From Octopus sinensis (lineage: Eukaryota): a DNA stretch of 64,000 nt. Positions 1-13,725 of this stretch are shown in pieces. The notes under the pieces are model-generated. The model was not told the DNA's origin. It worked only from the letters and a program-made list of their open reading frames with translations, and ran no database searches. How positions within the stretch are numbered: the stretch's first letter is position 1; each line of letters opens with the position of its first letter. The DNA lies in NCBI RefSeq assembly GCF_006345805.1, contig NC_042998.1, positions 2,666,001 to 2,730,000 on the forward strand, written 5' to 3'. The translations under genes and the position numbers were made by a program.

Positions 1-109
1 TCTTTGCTAAACAACAGTCTAAAATATTTATTGCACAGTGACAGCACAACCCAAACAGGTTAGCAGGATACAAAAAGGGAGTCAGAATAATCAATCTTAA
101 AGTCATTTC

Positions 110-600
110 GAGTGATGGACCTCACGGAGGCAAAGTGGCTGAGGTCCTTTCGAACACGCCTAACAGAGGTGAGGTGGCTGAGTACCTTTCGAATGGGCCT
201 TACAGAGGCGAAGTGGCCAAGTTCCTTTTGAACAGAACTCACGGAAATGAGGTGGCTGAGTTATTTTCAAGCGTTGGGCCTTGCTTGTGGAGGCATAGTG
301 GCTGAGCTCCCTCTGAGTGTTGGGCCTTATGTTGTGCTTGGGAAGAGGACCTATCAAGCCAAGCAAGATTGAAATTATGGCAGATACCGATGTCAAGCAA
401 ATGGCATCCATACCGGTGGCACATAAAAGCACCCATTACACTCTCGTAATGGTTGGCATTAGGAAGGGCATCCAGCTGTAGAAAACCATGTCAAATCAGA
501 CTGGAACCTGGCACAGCCTGCCAGTGTGCCAGCCCAGTCAAACCCTCCAACCCATGACAGCATGGACAACGGATGTTAAATGATGACGATGATGAAGATG
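110..600 (+). mobile_element. RTE-LINE-derived 3' end with a 39-bp minisatellite head and degenerate (GAT)n tail
   Basis: gtggctgag recurs at 135, 174, 213, 252; then ORF-end remnant (gtgcttgggaagaggacc...caagccaag), conserved 3' UTR and gatgacgatgatgaagat tail. Confidence 0.7.
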
Positions 601-1053
601 GGTCAGAATAAGTGATCAGCACTGAAATATTTTCTCACACCTAAGTGGAAACCTTGTCTTTAGGATCCTGTTTTGGCAATGTTACATATGAGGTCACCAA
701 GGGGCATCGTTAATGAATATTTGCATGCCAATGATACCAAATTGTCAAACTCCCCAGTATGATGCAAATTTTTCAATCGCCAAAGAGTCATCACTGTCAT
801 GAAATATTCTAATGGTTGAGAGACTCAGGATACATTAAAAAAACCACTCATTCTTCACAGAATAAACAGAATATTTCCTCATACAGAATTAACTAGAAAC
901 TGATCAGTGTTTGCTAGATGAAAAATAAAGAATTATATGTTTGGGTTTTCCTTTTTCTTTGAGTTTTTTTGTTGTTGTGTAGTGTCCCATTTCAGAATAA
1001 ACATGCAGATTCATCGCTTTAAAACAATTATAATAAATATTATCAACTCTTAC

Positions 1054-1127
1054 CTTGGATTTGCTCAGTTTTGAACAAGGAGGAATATGTTCTTTACAGG
1101 AACTTTCATGAACATTGATAAGACAGT
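1054..1127 (-). CDS. Coding exon: (N)CLINVHESSCKEHIPPCSKLSKSK, C-terminal part of the C1 domain
   Basis: tttatttcag acceptor, AAG|gtaaga donor, 74 bp, phase 1 to 0; A+AC gives Asn and completes C-x2-C-x4-H-x3-C-x6-C. Confidence 0.9.
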
Positions 1128-1609
1128 CTGAAATAAAGAAAGAAAAATTTGGCTAAAATGAAATTGGACAGGACAAATATACCAATTAACAACTGAAATA
1201 CATAATTAAATCAATATAAATGATCATATAGGAAATCAGTATTATTCAATTAGAGAAAGTGAAACAGTTTTATCAAATCCTATGAAGGTTATTATTGTTT
1301 TAATGGTTTCAGTTGCCAGGCTGCGGCCAGGCTGGAGCACCGTCTTAATTTCTTTCTTTTTTTTTTAAAGTTTTGCGGTCACATTATGATTGAAAGTTGG
1401 TTGATGATCAAGTTTGTAGTTGCTGATCTCCCCTCAGTGTATCGTTGAATAGTTGGTTAGTCCAGTATTGTCGTTAGGAGTTCATCCAACAGTTTTTTTG
1501 AAAGTTTCAGTAGAGGTCTCTTTTATATTTCTCATCTCTTCGGGTAAAATAGTTCAATACTTGAGGACTTCTGAATATTAGACAGGTACAGTAGAGGGTT
1601 TTTGTTTGT

Positions 1610-2990
1610 GAGTTTGAAGAAGGTATATGTGGAAGCTGACGGTACCTACCAGTTTGAGCATTAAAATTCACTTTAATACAGATGTTCGGAACCTGCCCCT
1701 CCACGATCTTCCATACATACATAATAGTATATCTTTCTCTTTGGTGTTCAAGAGAGTAGAGGAACAGAGCTTTCAGGCATTCCTAATAATTAAGGCCATT
1801 AACCAAAGTTATTTTACTGGTCAATGTTCTTTGTAACCCTTCAGTTTCTTCTATGAAACCAGGTGAATTTGGTGACCAAAGCTGTGAGCGGTAATCCAAT
1901 CTGCTCAGAACTAAGGTTTTCCATAAAGTTAGCATAACCACGGGTTCTCTTGTCATGAAGGTTCGTAGGATCCATCCTGTGAGATGTCTGCATTTAGAGG
2001 TCAGTTTGGTGATGTGACTGATGAAAGATGCATCATTTGACATGATTATTTTTAAATCAGGTTTATCATGAGTGCTCCGACACCAAATATTGGGATTTAT
2101 GTCTATTCCCCCCATAATGAAGGGCCTGAAATTTTGATGTATTAAATTTCATATTTTTATCCACTCATTGATAAATGATATTCGGGTCATTTTGGAGTGT
2201 GATGGCATCCTCTGGAGTTTGGACAGCCATTGATATTTTTGTGTCACTGGCATAACTCATTAGGTTTGCCGATTGCACTTGTGAGCCCATGTTTGATAGG
2301 GTTATAGTAAATAACAATGGTCTTAGAACTGTACTCTGAGGTATACCACTTATTACGGGTGACTTTGCTGAGAGATTATTGCTTGCAGCAAGATTAATTC
2401 CTATCCTGTAGGAAGTCAAAGAGCCATTCTCCAAGTTCTCCTATGATACCAAGATCCCTTATCATATGACAGATGATTCCATGATCAATCTTGGCAAAAT
2501 CAAGGTATATGCAGTCAGAGTCCTGTCCATTCAGGAAATTTTTAAGGATAGTGCTATGGTGTGGTAATAGTTGTGTCAGGCAACCATGTCCAGTTTGAAA
2601 ACCATGCTGTGTATTATCTGAGTGGGTTTTCCTCAAGATACACAGTTATTCTTTTTCAGACAATGTGTTCTACAATTTTAGATGTGTGAGAAACAGGTCT
2701 GTAATTTTTTAGCTTCTGCCCTGCTACCTCCTTTATGGATAGGTGCTACTGTTGCTTCTTTCAATAGTTCTGGGAATATGCCGGTTTGAAGCGACTTTTG
2801 AAATAGCAACTTTAATGGCTTGGCAAGACTGTTTCTGCAGGTTTTCAATAGTATGGCTGGGAGACCATCTGGTCCTGGTGCTGAATTTGAATCTAAATCA
2901 TTAATAGCTGTAATTATGTCTTCTCCCATAATATCTAAAATCTCTAGATGTGTCAGTTGAATTCTCGGGATCAAAAGATGTGAAGAAAGG
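1610..2990 (-). mobile_element. Degraded CR1-group LINE reverse transcriptase region
   Basis: ORF fragments SAPGPDGLPAILLK, QHGFQTGHGCLTQLL, CIYLDFAK, SGIPQSTVLRPLLF, SYASDTK (YADD-like), YVWKIVEG; frameshifted. Confidence 0.9.
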
Positions 2991-3704
2991 AGATAATAAT
3001 CAAACTTGGGTCAAGGTGACCTACATTGTATTGACTAGTGACCTACATTGTATTGACTAGTAATGACTAGTAACCAAAGACAACAGCTGAAGCAACACTT
3101 ATTAAATATCAATCTTTAACCCTCCAGTAGCTTAGAGAGAATGTGGTTGGCATAAGGTTAAGGAGAAGAATACACTATCCAAACAGGCTTTAAGACTACG
3201 CCAAGCCAGGGAGTGCTTCCAACCAGAATCTTAAAGAAGTTAACACAGATGAAAGAAACAATGCAACTAGGGACAAGCCAATTCATTTCTTATTGCTGTA
3301 TTGCATAGTCCAGTCAGGAATTTTTTCAAAGATGAGGAACTATCAAAGTCATTAGTCAAAAGACAAGCAGAAATTGTATTCCAACTGATGCAGACAAATG
3401 CAGCAGTGTGATGCACTTGTTCACCAGCAGTACATTTGATTTTAAATGTTATAAGTGACTCAGCACCTTTCACTCAGTGTTCATATTATTAGCTATGTTT
3501 AGCAGATAATCCACAGAAGCCAGAGAGAAAGGCAGGAGAAAACTGATGTGATTTCAAAGCATCGTCTCTTAGAGAGCATCAAAGGATATTTCTATCAACC
3601 AGATTTGAACCAGACCTTGGCAACAACATAGTCACTAATGGCTGGTCATCTGAAATAGGAGTTGGCACAAAATCAATGCAGTCGCAAATCTTTCATGTGA
3701 AGGA

Positions 3705-4095
3705 TCATCATCATCGTTTAACGTCTGTTTTCCATGCTAGCATGGGTTGGACGGTTTGACCGGGGTTTGGGAATCCAGGAGGCTGCACCAGGCTCCAGTT
3801 TGATCTGGCAGTGTTTCTACAGCTGGATGCCCTTCCTAATGCCAACCACTCTGTGAGTGTAGTGGGTGCTTTTTACGTGCCACCGGCACGGAGACCAGAC
3901 GGGGCTGGCAAACGGCCACGATCGGTTGGTGCTTTTTACATGCCACCAGCACGGAAGCCAGTCAAGGTGGAGCTGGCATCAGCCACGTTCGGATGGTGCT
4001 TTTTACATGCCACCGGCACAGGGATCACAACTACAATTTCCATTTGATTTTTTGATGTTGATGTACTTGACTCAATAGGTCACCTCAAGCGCAGT
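3705..4095 (-). mobile_element. RTE-LINE 3' UTR fragment with internal tandem units
   Basis: (tca)n tail, cgtttaacgtc...gctagcatgggttggacgg, repeated ggtgctttttac(g/a)tgccacc units. Confidence 0.8.
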
Positions 4096-4974
4096 GTGTG
4101 TTTTGCAATTTTTAGGTTTGAGCTAAAACTTCATTAATATTCAAATTATAGAGTAAAAGCATTTATCTTTACTCTAAATATGCAGAATAGGCAGAGCACA
4201 CTCAAAATCTGCTTCAGTCATAATGATAATATCAAACGAAAACAAGAAGATAATAGTCAAGATGAAAGAATTACAAAAAGAAATATTCTATGTATTTGAG
4301 AAATGGTGAAATTTAAAAAATAATAACAGAGAAAATATTTCTCTAGAATTTCCAGAAAGAAGCAAAATACATCATTTCATTTATAAATGTAACTAGGAAT
4401 GACAATTGATATGAATTCTATTCAGTCAAACGTAATAAAGAAAATAAATTTAGATACTAAAAATATTTTAAATAATTCTTTTTTTTCTTTTTATGGCTAT
4501 GAATGGTTTGTAAGAATAATATCAAGAACAATCTGACAGCACTAGTTAGTACTATTAAAATATCCCAAAATGTTATGATTCACTGACAATAATTAAATAT
4601 ATATATATGAACACATTGAGGGAAACTCTATTTTGTGAGTAGAGAACTGGAATTTCAAAGATACACAAGTGAAAAAATTAGAGAATTTCCATTCTTTTGT
4701 CAACATCATTTACAAATAGAAAATACCTTTTAACTTAAAAAATATTAATTCTAATTTCAATTGAAGCTAAACACTAGTTCATCAAAGTTTCTAATGAGAT
4801 GCTCACACACTTAGAAAGTATCATGACCCAAAATAGTTAAAATCCACAAAACAAAACAAAAAAAAAAATAATAATAATAATTGAAATAGCTAATTGAATA
4901 GAAATTCCAGTAATTCAATGAGAGACTGGGTAGAGATATATCAAATGTACAGCTAAAAAATACACCATACATAT

Positions 4975-5700
4975 ATCATGATCATCATCATTATCATTAT
5001 CATAAATGTTTAACGTCTGCTTTCCATGCTAGCATGGGTTGGATGATTTCACTGAAGAATGGCAAACCAGATGGCTGCACCAGGCTCCAATCTTGATGTG
5101 GCAGAGTTTCTACAGCTGGATGGCCTTCTTAACACCAACCACTCCTAGTGTAGTGGGTGCATTTATGTGCCACCAGCACGAGGGCCAGTCAGGCGGTACT
5201 GGCAATGGCCACACTCAAATGGTGTTTTTTACATGCCACCTGCACAGGAGCCAGTCAAGCGGCACTGGCAACGACCTCACTTGAATGTTTTTTTCACGTG
5301 CCAGTAACGCAATGATCACGCTCGAATGCTGCTTTTTATGTGCCACCAGCACAGAAGCCAGTCAGCTGCTCTGGCAACGATCACGCTGGGATGGTGCTCT
5401 TAGCGCTCCACTAGCACAGATGCCAGTCAACAAATTTGATTTCAACTTTGAGTTCACTTGCCTCAACAGGTCTTCGCAAGCAGTGTTTAATGTCCAATGA
5501 AGGAAAGGTACGCATAAGTGGGCTGGTTACACCCCTGGCATAGGCCATGGGTTATGGTCTCACTTGGCTTGCCGGGTCTTCTCAAGCACAGCATATTTCC
5601 AAAGGTCTCAGTCACTAGTCATTGCCTCTGTGAAGCCTAATGTTCAAAGGTCGTGCTTCACTACCTCATCCCAGGTCTTCCTGGGTCTACCTCTTCCCTC
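4975..5700 (-). mobile_element. RTE-LINE 3' end including the ORF C-terminus
   Basis: Minus-strand GRGRPRKTWDEVVKHDL*TLGFTEAMTSD*DLWKYAVLEKTRQAK* followed by the UTR and (GAT)n tail; this anchors the identity of all the shorter (GAT)n-tailed copies. Confidence 0.85.
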
Positions 5701-7689
5701 AACCGCTAGGGTGTGGCACTTTTTCATTACACAAACACACACACACACACACACACACCAGACTATCGCTAGGACCACATTTTATGTGCCCTTACTTCCT
5801 TTTTGAGATGATGGAGGTACAACTTCAGGGAGACTCTGGCTGTTATTTCTAGTAAGAGAGGTACCTTACTTAGATATTTTACTGCATCCCACTTCAATCT
5901 TTTTACCTTTACATACATATCAGTTGAGTAACTTTACCTTGTTATGAAAACCAATTTTAGGCCAGAAACTTTGATAATGAAGCCTACAGTTTAAGCTTTA
6001 AATAAGACAAACAACTACCTCTCCAATATAGTGTACACATTAAATCTTGGAGAGTAATTAGAAACATTATTTACAGAAATAGCCAATGCACTTAATAAAT
6101 TCTGGCTGATGAGGCATGTTGAAACAACAATGGTACCTCAGTATCCCAGGAACCAAGTGTGTTATGAACACACTGTCATCACAAAAGGGAGAAGTTGCCC
6201 ACCTGTGACATACATAGCAATGACAAGCAAATTTGTGTTTGAATTTGCCAGGATATAATATTAAGAATAAATATGCAAATCCTTGCTTAATTGATCCTAT
6301 TTACAATTTTCTCTTAAATCCTTAAAATCCTTTAAAATGTTTTAGCCCGAACGCCGCGGCCATGCTGGGGCACCAATTTACACAAAGATAATTTAAATTA
6401 GATTAAAACTTTTTTTTCCAGTGTACTTCCCCCATATTGGAAATTTTGACATCTACAGCTGTTTGTCTTGTTATAAATGTGATTTTATAAAACTAATTTG
6501 AAATAAAATGTCAATAGATGATTAAATTTCTGTTATCTCATTCATGTGATTGTACAGTTCACAAAATATCAATTACAATACCATAAGCATTTTTTACCAT
6601 TTTACCAAATAAATTGTAATGGGATGCTAAGATGAGTGGATTCAAAACATGAGACAGAGATCTTATGCATTATGTTATAAATTCAAACCAACTTTTACAC
6701 TTCAACCAGTGACAAACTATGAAAAATCTTAACTTGTAAAACAGCTGTGATTATGACCTTAGTCAGACGTTTAGAAAAATAATTCATGTAATGACAAATG
6801 AAACTATGTAGAATGCAAGAAAATGTCACTGAATCACCGAGGTGGCTCTAATAATTCTGGTACTAAACAGGTCATAAAACAGGAACTCTAATTGAAATCA
6901 AAATAACTGTAATTGTGTGTTGTACTAATATTTGTACTGAAGAGATATATTTAGTGACATTAATATCAATATTGCTTTTTTTTCTTTTTGTATATTTCAT
7001 CTCAGACCTCATAAACATTTGCACAATCAATTTACAGAACATTACTTAAGTACAAGATCCTAAAACTTGTCAACTAAACTAGATCTTAGAAGATGGTTGT
7101 TTTTCTTATCAATAAACATTACCTGACAGAGGCGACCTACTTGATTATACCATATCAGTAACACCAGTTTAGGAAGGCGCCTCGGTAATTTATTCTATAA
7201 ACAATGTAAGTTTCCTGTGTCAGTCACGGGTACTTTCTTGTACACTTGTGAGGTATGCAGTGTCGATGTAAGGGATCTGCCAATGTCTTTACAGGGTAGA
7301 TCATCTGCTATCTGCTTCCACCTAGCCTCCAGCTTTAGCCTGTGGCTCTACTCTCTGCATGCAGTAATGAGCTGCCACCCGGGTAATGGCATTGGTAGAT
7401 CAGCTCAACTAGGTTCAGGGTAATCATGAGTTTTAAACTGTCTGTGAAATATTTTATAGGCTTGTCACCCTAAGAATGTGAAGAACTGATTTTCAGCAGA
7501 TTGCATGGGGGAAACCTAACCATCAGTAATCAAGTGTAAATAAGTAGAAAAACAATATCCAGCAATTTCCCTGAGGGTGTAAGTTCATGGAACAGGATGA
7601 GACAAAATAGACCACCCTGTTCATCCCACTGCACCTCTGATATAGCTCCAGTCAACTCAACCCCCTTGTCACTAGTCCAGGGAGTCAGC

Positions 7690-8100
7690 TGATGAGAAGA
7701 AGATTGAAACTGGTCATCTTGGGCATGGATTCACTGAAGCTCCGGCCTCTGGCGATGGACTTGGTAAACACCCACAAAGTTATCAACCACCTCACCAACA
7801 ACAACACTGAACACCTTTTTGATCTCCATGTATCCAACACACGTGGACATGCCTACAAAGTCAGAAAACAGCACAGCTCCCATGACTTTCGGAAACATTT
7901 TTTCACGCTCAGAGTTGCTGAAGCATGGAACAAACTGCCTGCGTCAGTTGTTGACTACCATGACACTGCATCCTTTAAGGCCCTCATGCTTTCCGAAATC
8001 CGCCGAAACTACACCTGATTATACATACACTTTAGATGAGTTGTAGTGCACCTGAGCACTGTACACAATGTTTTATTATCATTATTATTATTATTATTAT
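7690..8100 (+). mobile_element. CR1-group LINE 3' end with (ATT)n tail
   Basis: ORF ...NTRGHAYKVRKQHSSHDFRKHFFTLRVAEAWNKLPASVV, the typical CR1 C-terminus; ttattattatta tail. Confidence 0.85.
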
Positions 8101-9587
8101 CCTTTACTATGATCCAAATTCAGCAGAAGTTGACACCCAACCTTCTCCAAAACTTCAGACAGACAGACAGACAACAGACTTATTGTTGCAGTGACCAGGT
8201 ATTGCACAGGACTACATCAAATGAAAAATTGCCACTTTCATAGTTTCAATACTCAGAAGGTGTAACATAAGAAGTCATCTGCACAGCTGTTGTTGATATT
8301 CTTTCACATGTGATGTCAATATATAAGAGATATGGTCTCGGTCACCTACGAGGATGAACAACAAACAAATATGAATAATTCATGGTAAACCTCCAATCAA
8401 CACTTCAGCCTGAATAGTAGTAGTTTATACTTTGTTGAAAAGGTGATACTAAGACCAAAGCAGGTCTAAATTTTTTTCCCCTTACTCACAGAAATAATTT
8501 TTCTATCTGACATTTTGAGGTTCCTTGCATTACATACGTTAACACTTACATAACAATGTGAACTGACTAGAATTGTATATCAGCTGACAGTCTGTACAAG
8601 TGTCTGAAGTTCTTTATTCAACAGTTAGTAAATGACGATAACACACACACACATACATACATACATACACACTAGTTTAATAAAATTTGGGTAAAAATCT
8701 TGTAGAATGCTATGCAAAGCTCATCCACAGTTATTGGCTACCTGATGTCACCATACAATGATACAGTGAAAATGCTCCTGCCACTGGATATACATCAGGA
8801 GTTTCATAGTAACCGTAGAGTTTATGATCACTATAATTGTTTTGACACATTTTTACACCTGTAGTACATTGGTAAGATGTTGTGTAATCATTATCAGGCA
8901 TTCATGGTGTAAAATGCATTTGTATATATTGGTGTAACCACTGATTCATTCAAACAGCAATACCGGCACCACACGGCATCATTTAAAAACATTAACAAGA
9001 GACACTGCATGTAACTTGCTGACCTGGTTAAAAAAAATAGCATTAAACTAATACTATGTGTGTGTGCATGTGCGCATATGCATCTTTGTGTCTGTGTTTG
9101 TCCCCCACCACAACACGACAACCAGTGTTGGTGAGTTTAAATCCCCATAACTTAGTAGTGCAGCAAAAGAGACTGATAGAATAGAATAAGTACCGGGCTT
9201 TAAAAAAATAAGTACTAGGATCAATTTGTGTGACTAAAATAATTGAAGGTGGTACCCCAGCACAACAACAATTTAAGGACCGAAAGAAACAAAGGATACA
9301 GATTTCTTATAATTTAAACTTCACAATAAAAGATATTCCTGTTTGTAACATTTTTTCTTCAGTCCTTTCTTCTCAGACCAGCAACCTTTCATAATCCAAT
9401 TCTAACCCCCTATTTTTTTCTGATATTCAAAGGGGACCTTAACTACATCAATCTCACCAGCCGGAGAGCATCTTCAAAAGTTATGGGCATTGATTCTCTT
9501 CAAATAACTAACATTACAAAAACATGCTTACTTAATGGAGCAGCTCAGCTAGCAGAAAATACATTTCTAAATCTTACAAAGATATAA

Positions 9588-9750
9588 GTGGAGGAGCATG
9601 GCGTAGTGGTTAGGGTGTTGAACTCATGATTGTAAGATTGTGGTTTCGATTCCTAGACCAGGAGCAAAACACTTAATTTCCCATTGCTCCAGAAATATAG
9701 GTGCCAGAGAAACTACGAAACCGGTCCTATGCTCCTTATGGAGTAATGTG
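9588..9750 (+). mobile_element. tRNA-derived SINE (family D), internally deleted
   Basis: A box tggcgtagtgg, B-box-like ggtttcgattcct; similar to the 47226 copy. Confidence 0.6.
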
Positions 9751-10204
9751 GACTAACCACAAAATACAAACTTAAAATCTGTTTTAACTGATTATTAAAT
9801 AGCATATATACTTAAAGATGTCATATTATTATAATTACAATAACTGGTAAAAATTATACAATCACCATACTAGGAAACAGTGTACCCAAAATGTTTGTTC
9901 TTTTCTTCTTCAAAGCAAATAAGTAAATCATAGATGAGACAGGATAATTTTTGTCTGAAAGCTGAACATCCAGGTTTCATGAAACATATCTCTAATGAAT
10001 TACAGTTAATTATGTTAATTAATGGTTTATTTTTCTATAGATCAAATAGAGAAAAAATTATGGAATAACTTGATTACAGGTTATACAATCACCATGTGGT
10101 TTGTATTTCTAAAGCAAGAACTGGCATAAACACAAATTAGTCTGCAGTTAAAAGAGAGTACTTGAGGACCTTAATAAGTGCAGGACTTAACTGATTGAAA
10201 GGAA

Positions 10205-10960
10205 ACATGGTCCCCACATGAGAGCTGTCAACTGAAACACTAGAAAAGATTGTAAAACTCCCTCAAGAAGGAACTTCAACAATGTGAAAGATAACAGATG
10301 GTTCCAGTCAGATGTGTGCAAGTATAAACCAGATGGAAAGGTTAGAAAAGGAAAATTCATGGCTAGACCACAGAAGATGACAAAGCATCGAGACAGAAAA
10401 CTCAAATCAATATGTCTTGAAAATATAGCATGATGCAAATGGAAAACAAACAGTTGGAGACAAGAATGCTGTGAAAACATCATGGTAAACCATCTGAAAT
10501 AAATGGGATTTATCTACAGAAAGACCAAATGAAAACCAACACTAACACCTAGACAGAAAAAAACAAGGTTACAATTGGCTAACAAGAAGCATCAGTGAGT
10601 GCAGATAATTGGGTGAAAGTGATAATCAGCAAGGTATCACAAATCTGCACTGGAGATAATGCAGGTGTCATTCTAGAAAAGGTGTGAAGAAAAATTCATC
10701 CACTCATTTGTGACAGTACCTGTAACCCATAGGTCTTTCTTAGCTTAATTTTCATTTAGAGAAGTGCAGCTTGCCTGATGATGAGCGATGTCTCATGCAA
10801 CTAATTCACTCCTCAAAAAAGATTGCTCATGCCTGGTTTATGATATGGGGTTGAATGTCAAGTAAAGGACCAGGAGAAAAGGCAATTGTTACCTTAAGAG
10901 TCAATGCACAAGTGTATGTTGAAAGTTTAGATACTTTTCTAATACATCAGTGTCATGTCA
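10205..10960 (+). mobile_element. Decayed Tc1-family transposase
   Basis: Manual translation across stops: ELSTETLEKIVKL, KYKPDGKVRKGKFMARPQKMTKHRDRKLKSICLEN, MGFIYRKTK*KPTLTPRQKKTRLQ, FMIWG*MSSKGPGE, VNAQVYVESLDTFL. Confidence 0.75.
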
Positions 10961-11172
10961 AAGTCATTTTTCACAGAGTAAAGAGCATTAAAGCTTTCTT
11001 TTAATAAAGTCGTATCAATTCTATTATATGGCCAACAGTCTGGATTTAAATTATTTATTTTAAATTGTCCACAAAAAGAATCTGTCTGATAAGTGGATCT
11101 GTCAGCCATTATTTGAAAAATTTGGGACCAACATGAGGCAAAATATAGCTTTTTATTAGAGAAGTCTATGCT

Positions 11173-11395
11173 TTAAGTCTTTAGCAGTTGGATTACTCTG
11201 TCAAATGTAATGCTTATTTATTCATATTGTTTTGAACTAATAATACAACACCTTGCAGCTTTGAAATGTTGATGATGATTGTAAATTTTCAGACTGACAC
11301 TGCAGAGTAGGTGTTAAAGGCTGACTGGCCAGTTTGAACAGAAAACCAGTAGAATATTTGGCCCAGGTATGACTAGCTTAAATGCTAAGGGGTAA
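11173..11395. mobile_element. piggyBac-like (TTAA) MITE, degenerate
   Basis: Ends ttaagtctttagca / tgctaaggggtaa; homologous to the copies at 14615, 28726 and 52834. Confidence 0.6.
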
Positions 11396-12284
11396 AAAGA
11401 ATTTACGTTGTTACAAAACCCATGAAGAAGCAACAAAGTCCTAATTGGTATGTTTTCCTTTTCATGCATGATATTTTCCTGTCTTGATTTGGAGAAAAAT
11501 ATAATTTATTTTAATTTGCTTGAAGAGTTTTTGATAAAGCCAGAATGCTAAGCTGTTAAACAAAAGTTGTTTTGTGTCAAATATGTTATTTGTCTATTTG
11601 TTGTGTAGTAACAAAAGCTAGATAAACATTATTCAAATAAGGTGATGTTTATAATTTTTTGTTAGGTACTGTAAATACACAGGAAAACAAAGAAGTTTTA
11701 AACTAGTGTTTTGAAGATTACTAACGGTCATATGACATTATATTGAATTCAATCTATTGATTATTTTAATAACATTTGTTCACTAGCTAAGAACACTTGA
11801 AGTGTCATCAACTTGTTACATAACAAGTTGATGATTAAACAGTCTTAGCAAGTATTATGAAACACCCAATGTCATCTTGAGGAAACATTTAGAAAGAAGA
11901 GAACTTAAGCTCCAAAGAACCACGCTTTACATGGTAATTCCAACAAAAACTAATCCTTAACTGAAAGAGCTATTCAACAAATGAATCCTTACAATCATAC
12001 TTTCAGGACTAAATTTTCAAAGCTAGTCTTCCGATCATATAGAGAAACAAATTTATAATTAAATTGCAACTGTTTTTCATGTAAAATAAATACAAGACGT
12101 TATAAGCATCAATTTTGAGGAAGCAAAGAGAAACAGGATCACTGACAGGACTGATGCTCCTTCCTGTCTCAAATTCATACTTATCATCTCTCTAATACCA
12201 TTTTACATACATGGTATTGTTTAGTCACAAACCAGTCCTGACCGAGTAGAACTACAATGTTAAAAAATAAAGTGTTACAACTCT

Positions 12285-12672
12285 CTCTCTTTTACTTGTT
12301 TCAGTCATTTGACTGCGGCCATGCTGGAGCACCGCTTTTAGTCGAGCAACTCGACCCTGGGACTTATTCTTTTGTAAGCCCAGTACTTATTCTATCGGTC
12401 TCTTTTGCCGAACCGCTAAGTGACGGGGACATAAACACACCAGCATCGGTTGTCAAGCAATGCTAGGGGACAAACACAGACACACACACATATATATATA
12501 TATACATATATACAACGGGCTTCTTTCAGTTTCCGTCTACCAAATCCACTCACAAGGCATTGGTCGGCCCGGGGCTATAGTAGAAGACACTTGCCCAAGG
12601 TGCCACGCAGTGGGACTGAACCCTGAACCATGTGGTTGGTTAGCAAGCTACTTACCACACAGCCACTCCTGC
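12285..12672 (-). mobile_element. tRNA-derived SINE (family B, about 400 bp, central (TA)n(TG)n)
   Basis: Minus-strand head gcaggagtggctgtgtgg (A box) ... gggttcagtccc (B box); tail aacaagtaaaagag. Confidence 0.85.
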
Positions 12673-13101
12673 AACCATTACATTTTGTTTTTTTTTATTA
12701 TCTACACTTTGTACATCCAGAACCACATTATCCAAGTGTTTTAATTTCATGATAGAAAATAGTGATCCAAAGGATATTTGGCTTCTAGTTTTAATAGATC
12801 AAACACTGTTGGTGCAAGAGTTCTACTGATGTATGATTTTCCTAACCAATACCACTATTTCACTTAATTGTGAAATGGTGGTATTGGTTCCAGAGTTTAG
12901 CACAGTAATGTCATTTATTTACCAGCAATATTAAAATGCAGCCAAGGGTGGTGGAATAACAAAACTTAATAATAACAGTATTTAGCTTCATTACTCTACA
13001 AAACTGATTTTACATTTCATCACTGCAGAGTCAATAAGCATCAGTTATATAATGAATGTCTATTACTGTAAACCATGATGTTATTGCCGAAAAGTGTGTA
13101 T

Positions 13102-13469
13102 GTAGTGGTAGTGACACGCTCACCCTCATAGATGCTAAGAAAGACACATGGAATGAAAACAACTTACGGAAGGAGACCTACTCCAAGTAGACCTAACTGA
13201 GTGGTCATCAATTGAGGTTGACAGCTATATGGCCAAAATGGCCATAAATATATGAAAGCAGACAAACAACAGAACCATCAGAGATATTTGCCAAGATGCT
13301 GATAACAATTGGCATTAGGCAGTTCCAAAATGCAAAACCTATTTTCTTGTCAACCTCAATTGATGATCACTCAGTTAGGTCTACTTGGAGTAGGTCTCCT
13401 TCCGTAATTTATTTTCATTCCATGTGTCTTTCTTAGCATCTATGAGAGTGAGTGTGTCACTACCACTAC
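13102..13469. repeat. Inverted repeat: 122-bp arms (13102-13223, 13348-13469), 124-bp spacer
   Basis: Arms are reverse complements with only a few mismatches. Confidence 0.95.
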
Positions 13470-13725
13470 CCCGTGGCGGTGGCATGTAAAAAGCACTACC
13501 CGTCCGTGGCCGTTGCCAGCCTCATCTGGCCCCTGTGCCGGTGGCACGTAAAAAGCAGCCACTACACTCACGGAGTGGTTGGCGTTTGGAAGAACATACA
13601 GCCGTAGAAACACTGCCAGATCAGACTGGGCCTGGTGCAGCCTTCTGGCTTCCCAGACCCCAGTTGAACCGTCCAACCCATGCTAGCATGGAAAGCGGAT
13701 GCTAAATGATGATGATGATGATGAT
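13470..13725 (+). mobile_element. RTE-LINE 3' UTR fragment, (GAT)n tail
   Basis: Conserved UTR and gatgatgatgat tail. Confidence 0.85.

Noticed and set aside
6100-7720. CTGATGA...GAAAC matches at about 6104 and about 7688
   Set aside because: No stem II or stem I pairing; chance matches.
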